From contig NW_027117338.1 of the NCBI RefSeq assembly GCF_038025025.1, positions 1,364,001 through 1,428,000 on the forward strand: 64,000 nt of DNA, read 5' to 3'. The notes beneath the pieces were generated by a model. That model was not told where the DNA came from, made no database searches, and saw nothing but the letters and a program-made list of their open reading frames with translations. The stretch comes from Phyllosticta citribraziliensis. Taxonomy: Eukaryota. Positions 49,666-60,800 of this stretch are shown here, one piece after another; position 1 is the stretch's first letter, and every line of letters begins with the position of its first letter. The translations under genes and the position numbers were made by a program.

Positions 49666-51485
49666 ATGTCCACAGCGCCTTGCTCGCTCAAACGCTCAAT
49701 CTCTCCGCCCACGCCCCGACGCAAAAGAGCCCGTCTCGATGAGCCACCCAGTCGGGCGCAAAACACGCACCAAGCCAACGCATCCGCCGCCTCCAACTCC
49801 AACCCGCCCAGCCTCGCCGCAATCGAAGCCGGCGAGGCCAAAATCGATGACCATCTGACCTGCTTCTCGACGCGGCTGGCTGCTGTATCGAGATGCGAGC
49901 CGTCTTGGCCGCGCTTGTCAATCGACAAGTTTGGAGAGCTGTATCGGCGAAATGACAGCCCGCGTGGATGCCACTTTGTTGTGCATCAGCATGACCACCC
50001 AGTTTCGGGGCCACATTGTAAGTTTTGCTTTACTTCCCTGCCAGACTTGATTTCTATGGCTGTAGTGTTGTTGGTGGATTTCTTCCTACGTTTCATGTGT
50101 TTTCCCTGTCCTCTTTCTTGCGGAGTTATTGCACCATTGATTCCTTTCCAATTCTCGTAATGTCACAGACTGACGTTGAGGAGACGACTTGCGCCTCCAG
50201 TTCTCGCAATCAAGCTCTGTCTCGTTTGCCCTACCGTATGGCTTGCCCGGGAACCCGCATTCGAAGAGACCGACGCGGATGGCGCTTGAGACGAGGGTGC
50301 ATTGCTTGTGGGTAAGTGAGCCCATTCGATTTGCAGGAGCATTCGTATCATGTATCACGTCCATGAGATACTCTATGCCGCTTCTATCTTTTCCCACCTA
50401 CGAGATTTGCAATTCTGGAAACCATCAGGAGGAGATCCCCATGCCTGTCTCCGCAGTCTATGCCATAAAAACATGCTTTCGTCGATGGCCTGACAGCGAG
50501 AAATCCAGAACCACCTCATCGAAACCGCCTCCAATGCTACTGGCTCCCTGATTATCTGGGATACGGGCGAGTACGAAGTCCTCGACCGGAAGTCGCCCAC
50601 GGCAGGCGACGAAACCGACTCTTCAACATCTTCCGACGGCCCGGAGATCGTGCGCGTTGAAGCAAATCCGCAACATCAGAACGTACGCCTCATTGAGGCC
50701 TTTCAAAACGTAAGACTTTTGCTCTGCCCGGTATAAGAGCTTCTCGGTGAACATCATGGTCAATCCAGCCACCGAAGAGCCCTAAACGCTTTGAAAGTCC
50801 TGGCTGGCTTCGTTGACTATCCTACTGACTTTTGTGCCTCTCCATGGCCTCGCAGTCGCGCATAACGCTCCGCCTGCACGGAACGCGTCTCCCGCCCAAC
50901 TACACCATCAACATGTGGCTGCCATCGGCAAACAGAGCCCCCCGCGCCAAAAGCAGTTCAGAGACTCGACCCATCCGCCGGCGCCGCAGCAAGTACATTT
51001 CACGTCACCACAGTTCTACCCACGCCTCCGCCCCAGCACCGCTGCCACCGTCGACAGACTCGGATCCAGACCCGTCAGATTCGGATTCTCAAGCAGACCA
51101 AGAGAACGCAAAAGAGAACAAGTCCGCCGATGACGTCGACGACGAAGCAGCCGCCATCCGCGCCACCAACGCGTACACGGGCGCGACCAACAGCATTGGC
51201 TCGGTGCACTCGCGGCAGTGGTTCGTGTCGATGAACAAGCAGCTATGCGGCACCGCTTCTCATCTTGCAGTCCCTTCTTCTTCTTCGCCATCCTCCCCAG
51301 CTTCCACGTCCAAGAGTAGGGACAGGAGAGACGATGGGCGGGAAAATGCCACTGCCACCTTCCTCGTCTGCGGCCCCGCCGTAGAGCGCAGCGTCGTCAC
51401 GGGCAGACTGGCGGCGGACGTCGTGGCGGACGAGGGCGTCGTGGGCTTTGTGCCGCGAAGTGGATGGAGGGCCATTGTGGACTAA
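49666..51485 (+). CDS. Stand-alone DNA ligase D 3'-phosphoesterase (PE / LigD_N) domain protein
   Basis: Spliced: FVVHQHDHPVSGPHYDLRLQ...VSFALPYGLPGNP...RMALETRVHCLWNHLIETAS..TGSLIIWDTGEYEVL...LRLHGTRL; introns 50018-50183, 50312-50508, 50710-50855. Confidence 0.82.
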
Positions 51486-51850
51486 TTCCACCACGCCGCC
51501 ATTCCAACAAGCCTAGCAGTAGCCAGGGCTCCAGACCAGCTGCACAGCGTCAAACCACCAATCGAATTCTAGAATTACCGGGAAAGGGGGAGAAGAGGTC
51601 AAAATAGCATGATGCATATATTCAGAGTTTGTAAATACTTCTTTCACGTACGACCATAGCACGTAGAGAATTCGGAACCCCGTCCGCTCTTCCATAGACA
51701 AGCTACGTTGCGGGCGATTAGTAGTTGCGTGGGTGACCAGCAGCGAATCCCGCCTGTTGTACGTTTTGCATTTTGTTCCTTTTTGCTCTTTTTTGTGTGT
51801 GGTGGGTCTGTGGGTGCACGGGACTCGTCTTGACTTTTGTGGTGCTGTGT

Positions 51851-51873
51851 GGATGGATGGATCGGATGGATGG
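51851..51873. repeat. Short interrupted (GGAT)n microsatellite
   Basis: ggatggatggatcggatggatgg in a convergent intergenic region. Confidence 0.6.
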
Positions 51874-52196
51874 GTGAGGCCACGGGGACTGTCAAATGAG
51901 ATGGCTGCTCCCCGGGTGTGCCGGTGTGGCTCTGGTGGTGAATACAGTCCTGTGGGTGCTACCGCTTTGGTGAACGACTGCTCTTTGGGTGCGCTGTATA
52001 GGACTGGATCAAGGAAATTTCATCAAGACAGCCCCGTAGGACAATGTCACAAGCACCTTGACATGGCCAACTAATGTTCATAAATCCATTCTCGTCTGCA
52101 ATTGAAAGAATGCTAGCGGCGACACACAACTTGATTGCTCCAAAACATTCACAGGGGTATACCACGCGACATAAAGCAAGCCAGAAAGTAGAATTC

Positions 52197-53959
52197 TCAT
52201 ACACCCGCTTTAGAACTATCCGCAAACCCCGTCTGCTTCAGCAGCTCCATGGCCTGCTCAATGGGATATCCAATGAATACTGGCCCAGTGAAGATCATCT
52301 GCACACCATTCTGACCGTTCTGCTTGTCAGCCTGGGGCTGGACAATGTTTGGTCCTGGGATCATTCTTGTCCGGGGCTGAGCCGGAGGAGCCGCGTCTGG
52401 TTTCAGCGTATTTTGTTCAGCCTCGGGCTCAACCTCAGGCTTAGGACGTGGGGGAAAAGGCATGCCTCCATTCATCTTGGTGAGGTCGAATGGGCACTTT
52501 CCTGGCTTCTTGGGGGCAGATTGAGGGGGGTCGGCGGGCTTGTCCTTGACAGGTGATGCTGTGGCAGCGGTGTCTGAAGGGAGGCTTGGAGCTTTGTTGT
52601 ATGCCGCAGGTACCGAGATGCCCCACGGGCGACTGGGTGATTCGCCAACACGAATGTCTTTGAGGGGACGATCAAAGTGCGGCATTCGTTCGTCTTCCTC
52701 GGGGAGAGGCACGTCGGGGTCTGGCAAGGCGTCGCTGCCGGGTTCAGCGCCGTTGCTGATTGCCTTGGCCCAGCTGGCCACTCTCCCGTTTGAGTCTGTC
52801 TCTTCAACTGCCACATCATTGGGCTCCTCCTTCAACATCGGCTGGTGCTTCTCGCCAAGACCTTGTATCATGTGAACCAGATTTCCGTACTTCGCGTCGA
52901 GTTGTCGTATGCTGTCGGCGTTGCTCTGGAACCTCTTGATGCAGACCTCATGGCTGCGAGGTAGCTCGTGCTTGTGGTTCTCAAAGTATTTGGCAATCTC
53001 TTCAGGCGAGTGGTCATCCATGAAGCGTATTGGGCAAACACCCGCCGAGCCCGACACAGATGGCTCCGGTGAGCGAGTGTCGAGCGCGCATAGCTCAGCC
53101 CGGATAGGATCATTGAATGATGATCGCTTGGACCGCATGGCGTGAGGTAGCGCCCTGGATTGAGAGCGACTGGGAGTCATGCTTGCTCTCCCGCTCATGG
53201 AGCGGCCCCGAAAGCTGCCCGTCCCAAACGGACACGAGAGCTTTCCAGGTGTGCCAGGAGTGGTGAAGTCCCTCTCCAAACCTGCAGCCGATGCAGCTTG
53301 TCGAAGGCTTTCAAGCTTTGACAGTCTTTCAGAAGCTCGGTCCTCCCTCGAAGTCCCGTTCCATATCTTGACACCCTCGGCGTCTTTCAGCGCGGGGCTC
53401 TTCAACGGCTTGGAGTACTTGAGTTGCTCGCGTGCACGCTCGCCTTGTCGAATCAAGTATGCACCGGTCCTACGGTCGCCGTCGTGACTTTGGGAAAGAG
53501 CATCGAGCCAGTCGAGAGGCCCACCCTGGCCGTGTCTCTCGACTTCGTCCAGACTTTGAACGAAGACCTTGTGGTCTTGCTGCGCGACTTCTGGTGTAAA
53601 ACGGCGCAATAGGTCAAGGTACTGTGACGTGACGTCAGTCAGAGGGTGCCCTGTGCAAATGGTGATGGAGGGCAGTGAGTGGAGGAAGACGTTGATCAGA
53701 AAGTGAAGAAAGAGTCGTCAGCGCTGCTGAGCAGCTGCAGGTCTAGAGCTAAGTTGTTTCATCATGTTGATGGGCAACACGGTGGAGAGTGGGGAGATGT
53801 GGAGGCGATGGTACTGACCTGCTGTTGTGCCCAGGCAAGCTTGTTCTCCAACTCGCGATGCTGGTCGTACAGAATGCGATACTCGGATGACAGAGTGTCG
53901 AAGCCGACGGCAAGCTGGTCAACGAGCTGGCCGACAGCATGATCCCCGTTGATGGACAT
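52197..53959 (-). CDS. Hypothetical fungal protein with coiled-coil N-terminus and CP motifs
   Basis: Exon 1 MSINGDH...LENKLAWAQQQ, long intron, exon 2 YLDLLRRF...; core CPIRFMDDHSPEEIAKYFENHKHELPRSHEVC; C-terminal QMIFTGPVFIGYP. Confidence 0.8.
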
Positions 53960-54661
53960 GGCGAAGCATGGGGCTCTTGGCGCGCGGCACAGAGCCTTTA
54001 TCCTGATGCCTGGACGGGCGTGTGGATGATGGGGAGTGGCTTTGTAAGCCGTCGGAAGTCGAGAGTCAAGGGGGCGATGTCGGACTGCGGGCGACGTTGG
54101 CGCAGGGTCAGCACCGCGCTCGTGTGGCTCACATTGGGGCAGCAGTCCCGCTACGGGAGGAAGCTCCAAGCCGTCAGCAGAGAAGGAGCCAGAAGACCGG
54201 AGGGATCTCGTGACGGAAGAGCGTGAGGTGAGGTCGAGCGAGTGAGGGAGGGAGGGAGAAAAGGACTGGAAGAAAATTCCATGTCGAGGTAGTGGGCGTC
54301 GGTGGGCGCTTTGGCCACGAATTGCCTCGCTATGCGCTGCCGCTGCCACTGCCACTGCCAGCCACATGCGCTGCGCACCGCACTCCCTCCACTGCCACAG
54401 CCAATACATATGTAGGCAAGGGCACGCGCCCTCAACGACCCTCCCGAGTCCTGTACGGTAGCTGCTGAGCCTCTAGCCTTGACGTACACCTACGTATATC
54501 CTCCAGACCCGACCCTACAACCATGCCGACCAGGTTTTGACGTGGTAACGTTTCCCTTTGCTGCTGCCTACCCTCCTACATAATTCCAGCGCGACCCTTT
54601 TCCTGGCTCTGATCCCATCAAACCGCTTTCCCCGGATTCTCGATTCTTCGCATCTGCAACC

Positions 54662-55863
54662 ATGTCCTCTTCTCTCCACCTCTCACAATTCCGAAAATGG
54701 CTGTTCATGTCGCCCCCGATCCAATGGACCGTCCAACAGCTCCGCGAGTTGCTCATTGGCGCCTTGCGCCAGGGTCCCATACCACAACACGTCGCATTTG
54801 TCATGGACGGTAACCGCAGGTACGCGCGGAGCCACCACATTGAGACCGTTGAAGGACACAACTTGGGGTTTGAAGCTCTGGCTCGGGTATGTTTGCATCG
54901 TCTGCCACCTGTGCCGTCGCGCTGACGGCTGTCACCGGCAGATTCTGGAAGTTTGCTACAAGTCGGGTGTCAAGGTTGTCACCATCTACGCCTTTAGCAT
55001 TGAAAACTTCAAACGTTCCAAGTACGAGGTCGACGCTTTGATGGACATGGCCAGAATCAAACTGTCCCAACTGGCTCAGCACGGAGAGCTGCTGGACAGA
55101 TATGGTGCCAGCGTTCGCGTCCTGGGAAATCGGAACCTGGTAAAGCCGGATGTTATCGAGGCCATGGACCGAGCCGCAAACATGACCAAGGCGAACAAGC
55201 GGTTAGGCTTCTTGATATCTTTCCTCTCTGCAATTACTGACGTCTGCCAGCGCCATTCTCAACGTCTGCTTCCCGTACACGTCTCGCGACGAAATCACCG
55301 CAGCCATCCGTGACACCGTTGCGGACTATAGCAAACCCATACCACCTCCGATGCGCCGCCCATTTTCCGAAAACCACATCACGCGAAACATAAAAGCTCG
55401 CAATCTGGCTACAGTCACCGAGGAGGAGTCTTCGGAATCCAACAACTCCTCCAAGGACGTGTCACCAACACCTCACCCAGACACGGACAAACCCGACACA
55501 TCCGCTTCCGATGCCGCTTCCACAAACTCCAACACTCTCATCTCCACCGACGGATCAAAAGACGCGGAGAAAACGTATGAAAACTACCCGGATCCGGAGT
55601 CGATAACTGAGAAGACGTTGACGGAGCACATGTTTACGGCCGGCAATCCTCCCCTGGATTTGCTTGTTAGAACTTCTGGCGTGGAAAGGCTGAGTGACTT
55701 CATGCTGTGGCAGTGCCACGAGGAAACCGAGGTCGTCTTTCTGGATTGCTTGTGGCCCGAATTTGATCTTTGGCAGTTTCTGCCGGTGCTGGTTGAGTGG
55801 CAGTGGCGGAAAAAGAAGACGCTTGAAGAGGAGAGGGGACGGAACAGGTTGAAGGTTGCTTAG
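54662..55863 (+). CDS. RER2: cis-prenyltransferase / dehydrodolichyl diphosphate synthase
   Basis: HVAFVMDGNRRYA, YAFSIENFKRS..EV, NVCFPYTSRDEI, LLVRTSGVERLSDFMLWQ, WPEF; two introns. Confidence 0.93.
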
Positions 55864-56095
55864 AGTGTGTTCCTGGCCAGTCCCACGCGTTGATACCCAA
55901 AGTCATTTTACGTTTGAGAAGATATCATGGAACTGAATCAGTCTCTTGGAGCACGTGGAGTTTTGGTCAACGGCCGCTCCGAAGGGTAGACGGAGCAAGA
56001 AAGATTCCATGTTTGTGCCTGTATTTCAGGTTAGACCACGATTGTCCAGGTAGACACGGCTAGCTCTTGGGTTTGCAGACCGAAATCAATTACTT

Positions 56096-56880
56096 TTATT
56101 TGGTCTTGTTTTCCGCCATCCACAGGCGGACTGCTTTTGCGCTGTCGTGAGCTGCTCGGAATACTGCCACACCATCAGCCATGATTCGTCAACATGATCA
56201 AGTCCCAGCCTACATTGCCGCTCGCTCTCGTCCAAGCCCCGCAGAAAGTCGGCACCTTCCCCCAGCGCTCCGCGCGGGTTGTGTGCCTGATCAGCGATTA
56301 CCTTGGCTCGAGCCTTGAAGCTTTCAGATAGAATGTCGCCCATCTCCTCTTCCTCAAACAGCTCGAGCATCCGGGCCCCCAAGGTGAAGAAATGCGGCGC
56401 CAGTGCTCGGAGGTCGACGGTGCGCGAATCGGCCTTGAGCGCGTTTACAACGCGGGCCGAGAGAGCGGCAGGCAGATCGAGCGTGGCCATGCTGGTGCCT
56501 GCTGCTGGAGAGCTGAAAATTTGACAGTCAGGGGCAATTGTCCACAATAAAGCCCGGAGCATGGGTGCAGATATGAAAGATGGCAATCCTACCTGACAGC
56601 CAACATCTCTCCTAGCCACAAGGGCAGTTCGACCTTTGTGCCTTGCTTCATCTGCAGCAGTCCGTCAGCATTGTGCGAGCCAGAGAAGTGGTACTTGGTA
56701 CTCACATCCTGCCCCGCGTTGCCATCGAGATAACCTAGTCCGGGAACGGTGAGCTCAAAGGTACACGGCACTTTCTGAGATAGACATTGTCAGCCTTGTG
56801 ATGGCGACCAGGCTCGGGCCATGGCGTACTTGGGCGTCGGTCAGGATGGCATCAATGTCGTAGTACGAATTAGAGGCCAT
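56096..56880 (-). CDS. PSF3: GINS complex subunit Psf3
   Basis: SYYDIDAILTDAQKVPCTFE, GLGYL, VELPLWLGEML, VVNALKAD..TVDLR, FLRGLDESERQLFRAAH; multi-exon. Confidence 0.93.
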
Positions 56881-56981
56881 TGTCTCTCTTTGGGGAAGAT
56901 TCGAGAAGAGAGTCGTGGCACAAACGAGTTGTAGTGGGTGGTTTGCCTCGGGACTTGTCCGGCCGGTGACGAAAAAGGAAA

Positions 56982-57117
56982 TTCGCGAGCACGCGACGCG
57001 CCGCCGGATGCAAACGGTCAGGCCAGCCCTGGACGAGCTAACGTATTGATGGGCGGCAAAGGTATTTCAAAGGAGACGTAGCCAACGGAAAGCTGACGGC
57101 CAGCCGAGATGACGCGT
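56982..57117. promoter_or_regulatory. Divergent PSF3/BLM10 promoter with MCB-like and PACE-like motifs
   Basis: TTCGCG, ACGCGACGCG (56991-57000), ACGCGT (57112-57117); GGCGGCAAA (57052-57060). Confidence 0.4.
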
Positions 57118-57814
57118 GACAGAGCTGCCTGGCTGGCTTACCACCTCAGTGATGTGCGGCGCTTGACAGGTGGGTGGGTAGGTGCGCGGGCAGGACGATT
57201 GCGTAGTGGTTACTGCCTGCAGGCGGGAAGTAGACGACTCGACTGGGGATAAAAGCGCTGGCTCAGTCGTGTATGGGAGTGGACAGAAGGGTGCTTCTTT
57301 GACAGACCCAAACGCGCCCGAGTTGATTGGTTGTCCCGTCGTCTTGACGTCGTTGTCGGTTAGTTGATGGACCCCGACACGCCGAGCTTGTTCCATCCGT
57401 CATAGCTTCTCTGCCTGTACCTCCATCCCATGCCACCACACGCCCTCTGACCAGCTTGTTCTTCATCCTCCTCTCCAAGTCAGCATTGCACTTTCACCCC
57501 TCGCCGCCCTCTTGGTCCAAGCAGCCGACCGGACGCCTACAGACGGGCCCCAGCAATCCAAACCGTCCCGCCGCCCGTTTGGCCTTCCCGTGTCCCGGCC
57601 TCGTACCTCCCCAGAGCTTCATCGCCACGACCTACTGTACCGCGGAACCACGTTACACAAAGCCTGTTCGACACTGCACTCTGTACCCCCGGCTCCCCGA
57701 GTATAAACACGACGACAGCTGCTGTTGCTCCCCTTGGACATCCGCCGCCCTAGTGCTCCTCGATCCGAGCCCCCACGCGACACCTTCCGCACATCTGCAC
57801 CTGGAGTCGCCATC

Positions 57815-60800
57815 ATGGCGGGCTTCGAGCGGATATCGCAGCTCGTTGGCGCTGCCGAGGGTATCAATGGTGCCGACATGTCCCGCGCAACATCGCCCGG
57901 TGGCGACTGGGAAGACAGCAATGGAGGTGCCAACGGCAAGGAGAAGCTGAGTCGCTGTCGCCCTCGAACCTTTCCCTACACAAAGTACCTCCCGTACGAG
58001 ACCGAGACCGATGCCGAGCGGTTAGAGAACCTCAACACCTGCATCAAGCACCTCTATGTGGCGGTATCAGCTGGTGACTTTGCTCCCGGGGCGGTCCACT
58101 GGACCAGAGAGATTCGAGGATGGCTGTCACTCAAGTTCGACCTGCCGCGTCCCATGCGCGTCAAGCTCATCAAGCTCTACTATGAGCTTGCTTTGGCGCC
58201 GGGCTTGGATGTTGTCGTTGCGGAGAGATTTGCCAGCATGTTCATGGTCTTGACAAAGTAAGTGCTCTACAACCCGGCCCTAACTAGCTGCCTCGTCGTC
58301 CGCAGCCGCTAACTTCGGATGAACAGGCGCAAACATTACCTCCGTCCAGGCAAAGACCTCATCCTCGATTGGAGACCCCTATACAAGGAGCTCAAGCCAA
58401 ACGTGCTGCCCTCCGAGTCCGTGACGACCATGACGACAAATATTAGGAGGTCTATCCGCACAGTGACAAAGTTGTGTACTTTTGCGCAGTTATACTTTGA
58501 TCCAGAGGAAATACCGGCCATGTTGGAGGAGTTTCTGCCCTTCTTCAGCACATCTTTCTCTGAAGGCGCATTCGTTGTGGTCGGACTGCTGAACTTGATG
58601 TTGCCTACAACTCCAGCCCCGGCAGATCGTCCAGACCTGCAACCACAGCACTACCTCCCGACCTTCTTCCACTTGTGGTCCCTGGTGAACCGATCCAAGT
58701 TGTTCGACGTCAACTTCCTCGACATCTGCTCTCGCCTTGCCCGCGATTCCTTGCCCTCATCTTCCATCCCCTTTTCCGAGTATGGCCTCTTCACGCAAGA
58801 GCAATCGCAGCTCATTTTTACGGCCGTTCTTAGGCTTCTCGAGATTCCTGTGGGGCAGTCAACTTCTCCTTACAGCTCAAGCGTAGACGTGGGCGCAGGC
58901 CTGGCGGTTCTATTGGATCGTGACCAACGAAAGCACCCCATAGCTCATCACGTCGCTCGCTGGATCGTCATGTCTCTCTCCCCGGCAGCCTTGGACAAGC
59001 CTGACTCAATCCTTGCCCGCTTGGAGGGCTTGATCCAGGCTGTGGAAACCTTTTACCATCCGTCGAACTCAGGAAACTGGACGAGGACGTTGTCCCAGCT
59101 TGTCTACTACCTAGCGGACTTTTTCGTCATGCGCTGGAACCGGGAGAGGAGTGGGGAGATGGAGGTCCCAGAAGATAGGCGGCTCAACGACGCAATCAAG
59201 CGGAGGTTCGTCCTCTGCCTGCGAGATGTCATTTTCATGGGCATCTTCGCCAAGAGTGGAACAGCCATCAACTTCTCCTTGTCCACTCTCCAATGCCTGG
59301 CGTACCTGGAGCCTGACCTCATCCTTCCTGGAGCCCTTCAGCGAATCTATCCGGCAATGCAGGGCTTGGTCGAGGTGCACCGCACCATTTCCTCGATCAG
59401 GGCACTTCACATGCTTTCCAAGACCATGGCGAGGACCAAGGGATATCGTTGCCACATTACGACTCTTCTCGGACTCGCACTGCCCGGCATAGATGCTAAT
59501 GATCTCGAAAAGACGTTGCACACTCTGAGTTACATACAGTCTGTTTCCTACATCATTCCTTTCCACGACTTGTCCAAGGAAAACCCCAAGCCGGATCCGG
59601 ATGCTGCCGCGAACCCCGACACGGCTATGGAGAACGGTATGGACAGAGCTGGTTCTGGCTTGAGCACGCCATTGCCTCAGACCGAGAGTAGCCCGGATCT
59701 AGCATTGCAGTGGATCGCCGCTCAAGTGGATCGTCTCGAAAGAGATGGTGCTGGTGTGGAGTTTGATTATGAGCGTGAGCTTTCAGACGAAGAAGAACAG
59801 GCAATCCTCAGATCCTCGACCACAGGGTTTGCCGAGTTCGTCATCACATTCTTGGGACGTGTGTTCACGCTCCTGGAGAATCTGCCAGATGCCTCGCGTG
59901 TTAGAAGCGGGTCGCCCGAGGAGAATGTCGTCAACACACTTCCTGCTGCGTTCACGCCTCTCCTTGCGTCTTTGTCTCCCGAGCTTTTCGACATCGCGCT
60001 TGACAAGATTGCAAACTTCGTCACTAACCATGTCATTCACCAGGCCCGGGACGCCATGGCCTTCATATGCAATGGACTGGTCAAGATCAACCCCCAAAAG
60101 ACGCTCAGGCGTCTGTTGCCAGACCTTCTCAACGGAATCCGGACCGAGATTGGAGAGAACGGAGCTGGTTCATCAAGAACTACGGGCTCCGAAGTTTTGC
60201 CCAAGGATAGAGCCTTGGTGTGGAACATCAGCCTGCTGAGCATGTGCGTTGTACATGTGGGTGACGCAGTCCTCGAGTACAAGCAGGACCTGTTCGACAT
60301 TGCGAAATACATGCAAGACCACTGCCGCGGTATTCCCACGGTTCACGTGTCAAACTTTATCCATCACCTCCTCCTGAACTTGACATGCATCTACACAGTC
60401 GACTATTCCATCTACCAGTCAGAGCAGTTGGCGAAGGGCTTGACAACACAGGACTGGGGCCAACTTCCAAATGCAAAGAACATCTCGGTCAAATGGCACG
60501 TGCCTGACGCCGAATGCATTACCTTCGCCATCGAGCTTTTTGAGTCGCAAGCGAGGAGCGCCATGGGGTCCCTCCAGGCTTTGACCAGTGAGAGTTCTCC
60601 TGTGAAGCGAGATGGAACTGGCAAGGAATGGTCGGACGAAGTTTCACGCAACCTCGTGTTGCTTCGTCTAATTATTTCCGGCATTTCTGTACTGTTCGAT
60701 TCCAAGCATCACGAGCACACTGGTGGCAAGCAGACCAAAGATGACGGAGACGAGAGCATGGATGACGCCGACGAGGATGCAGACCTGGGCGAGAGTGAGG

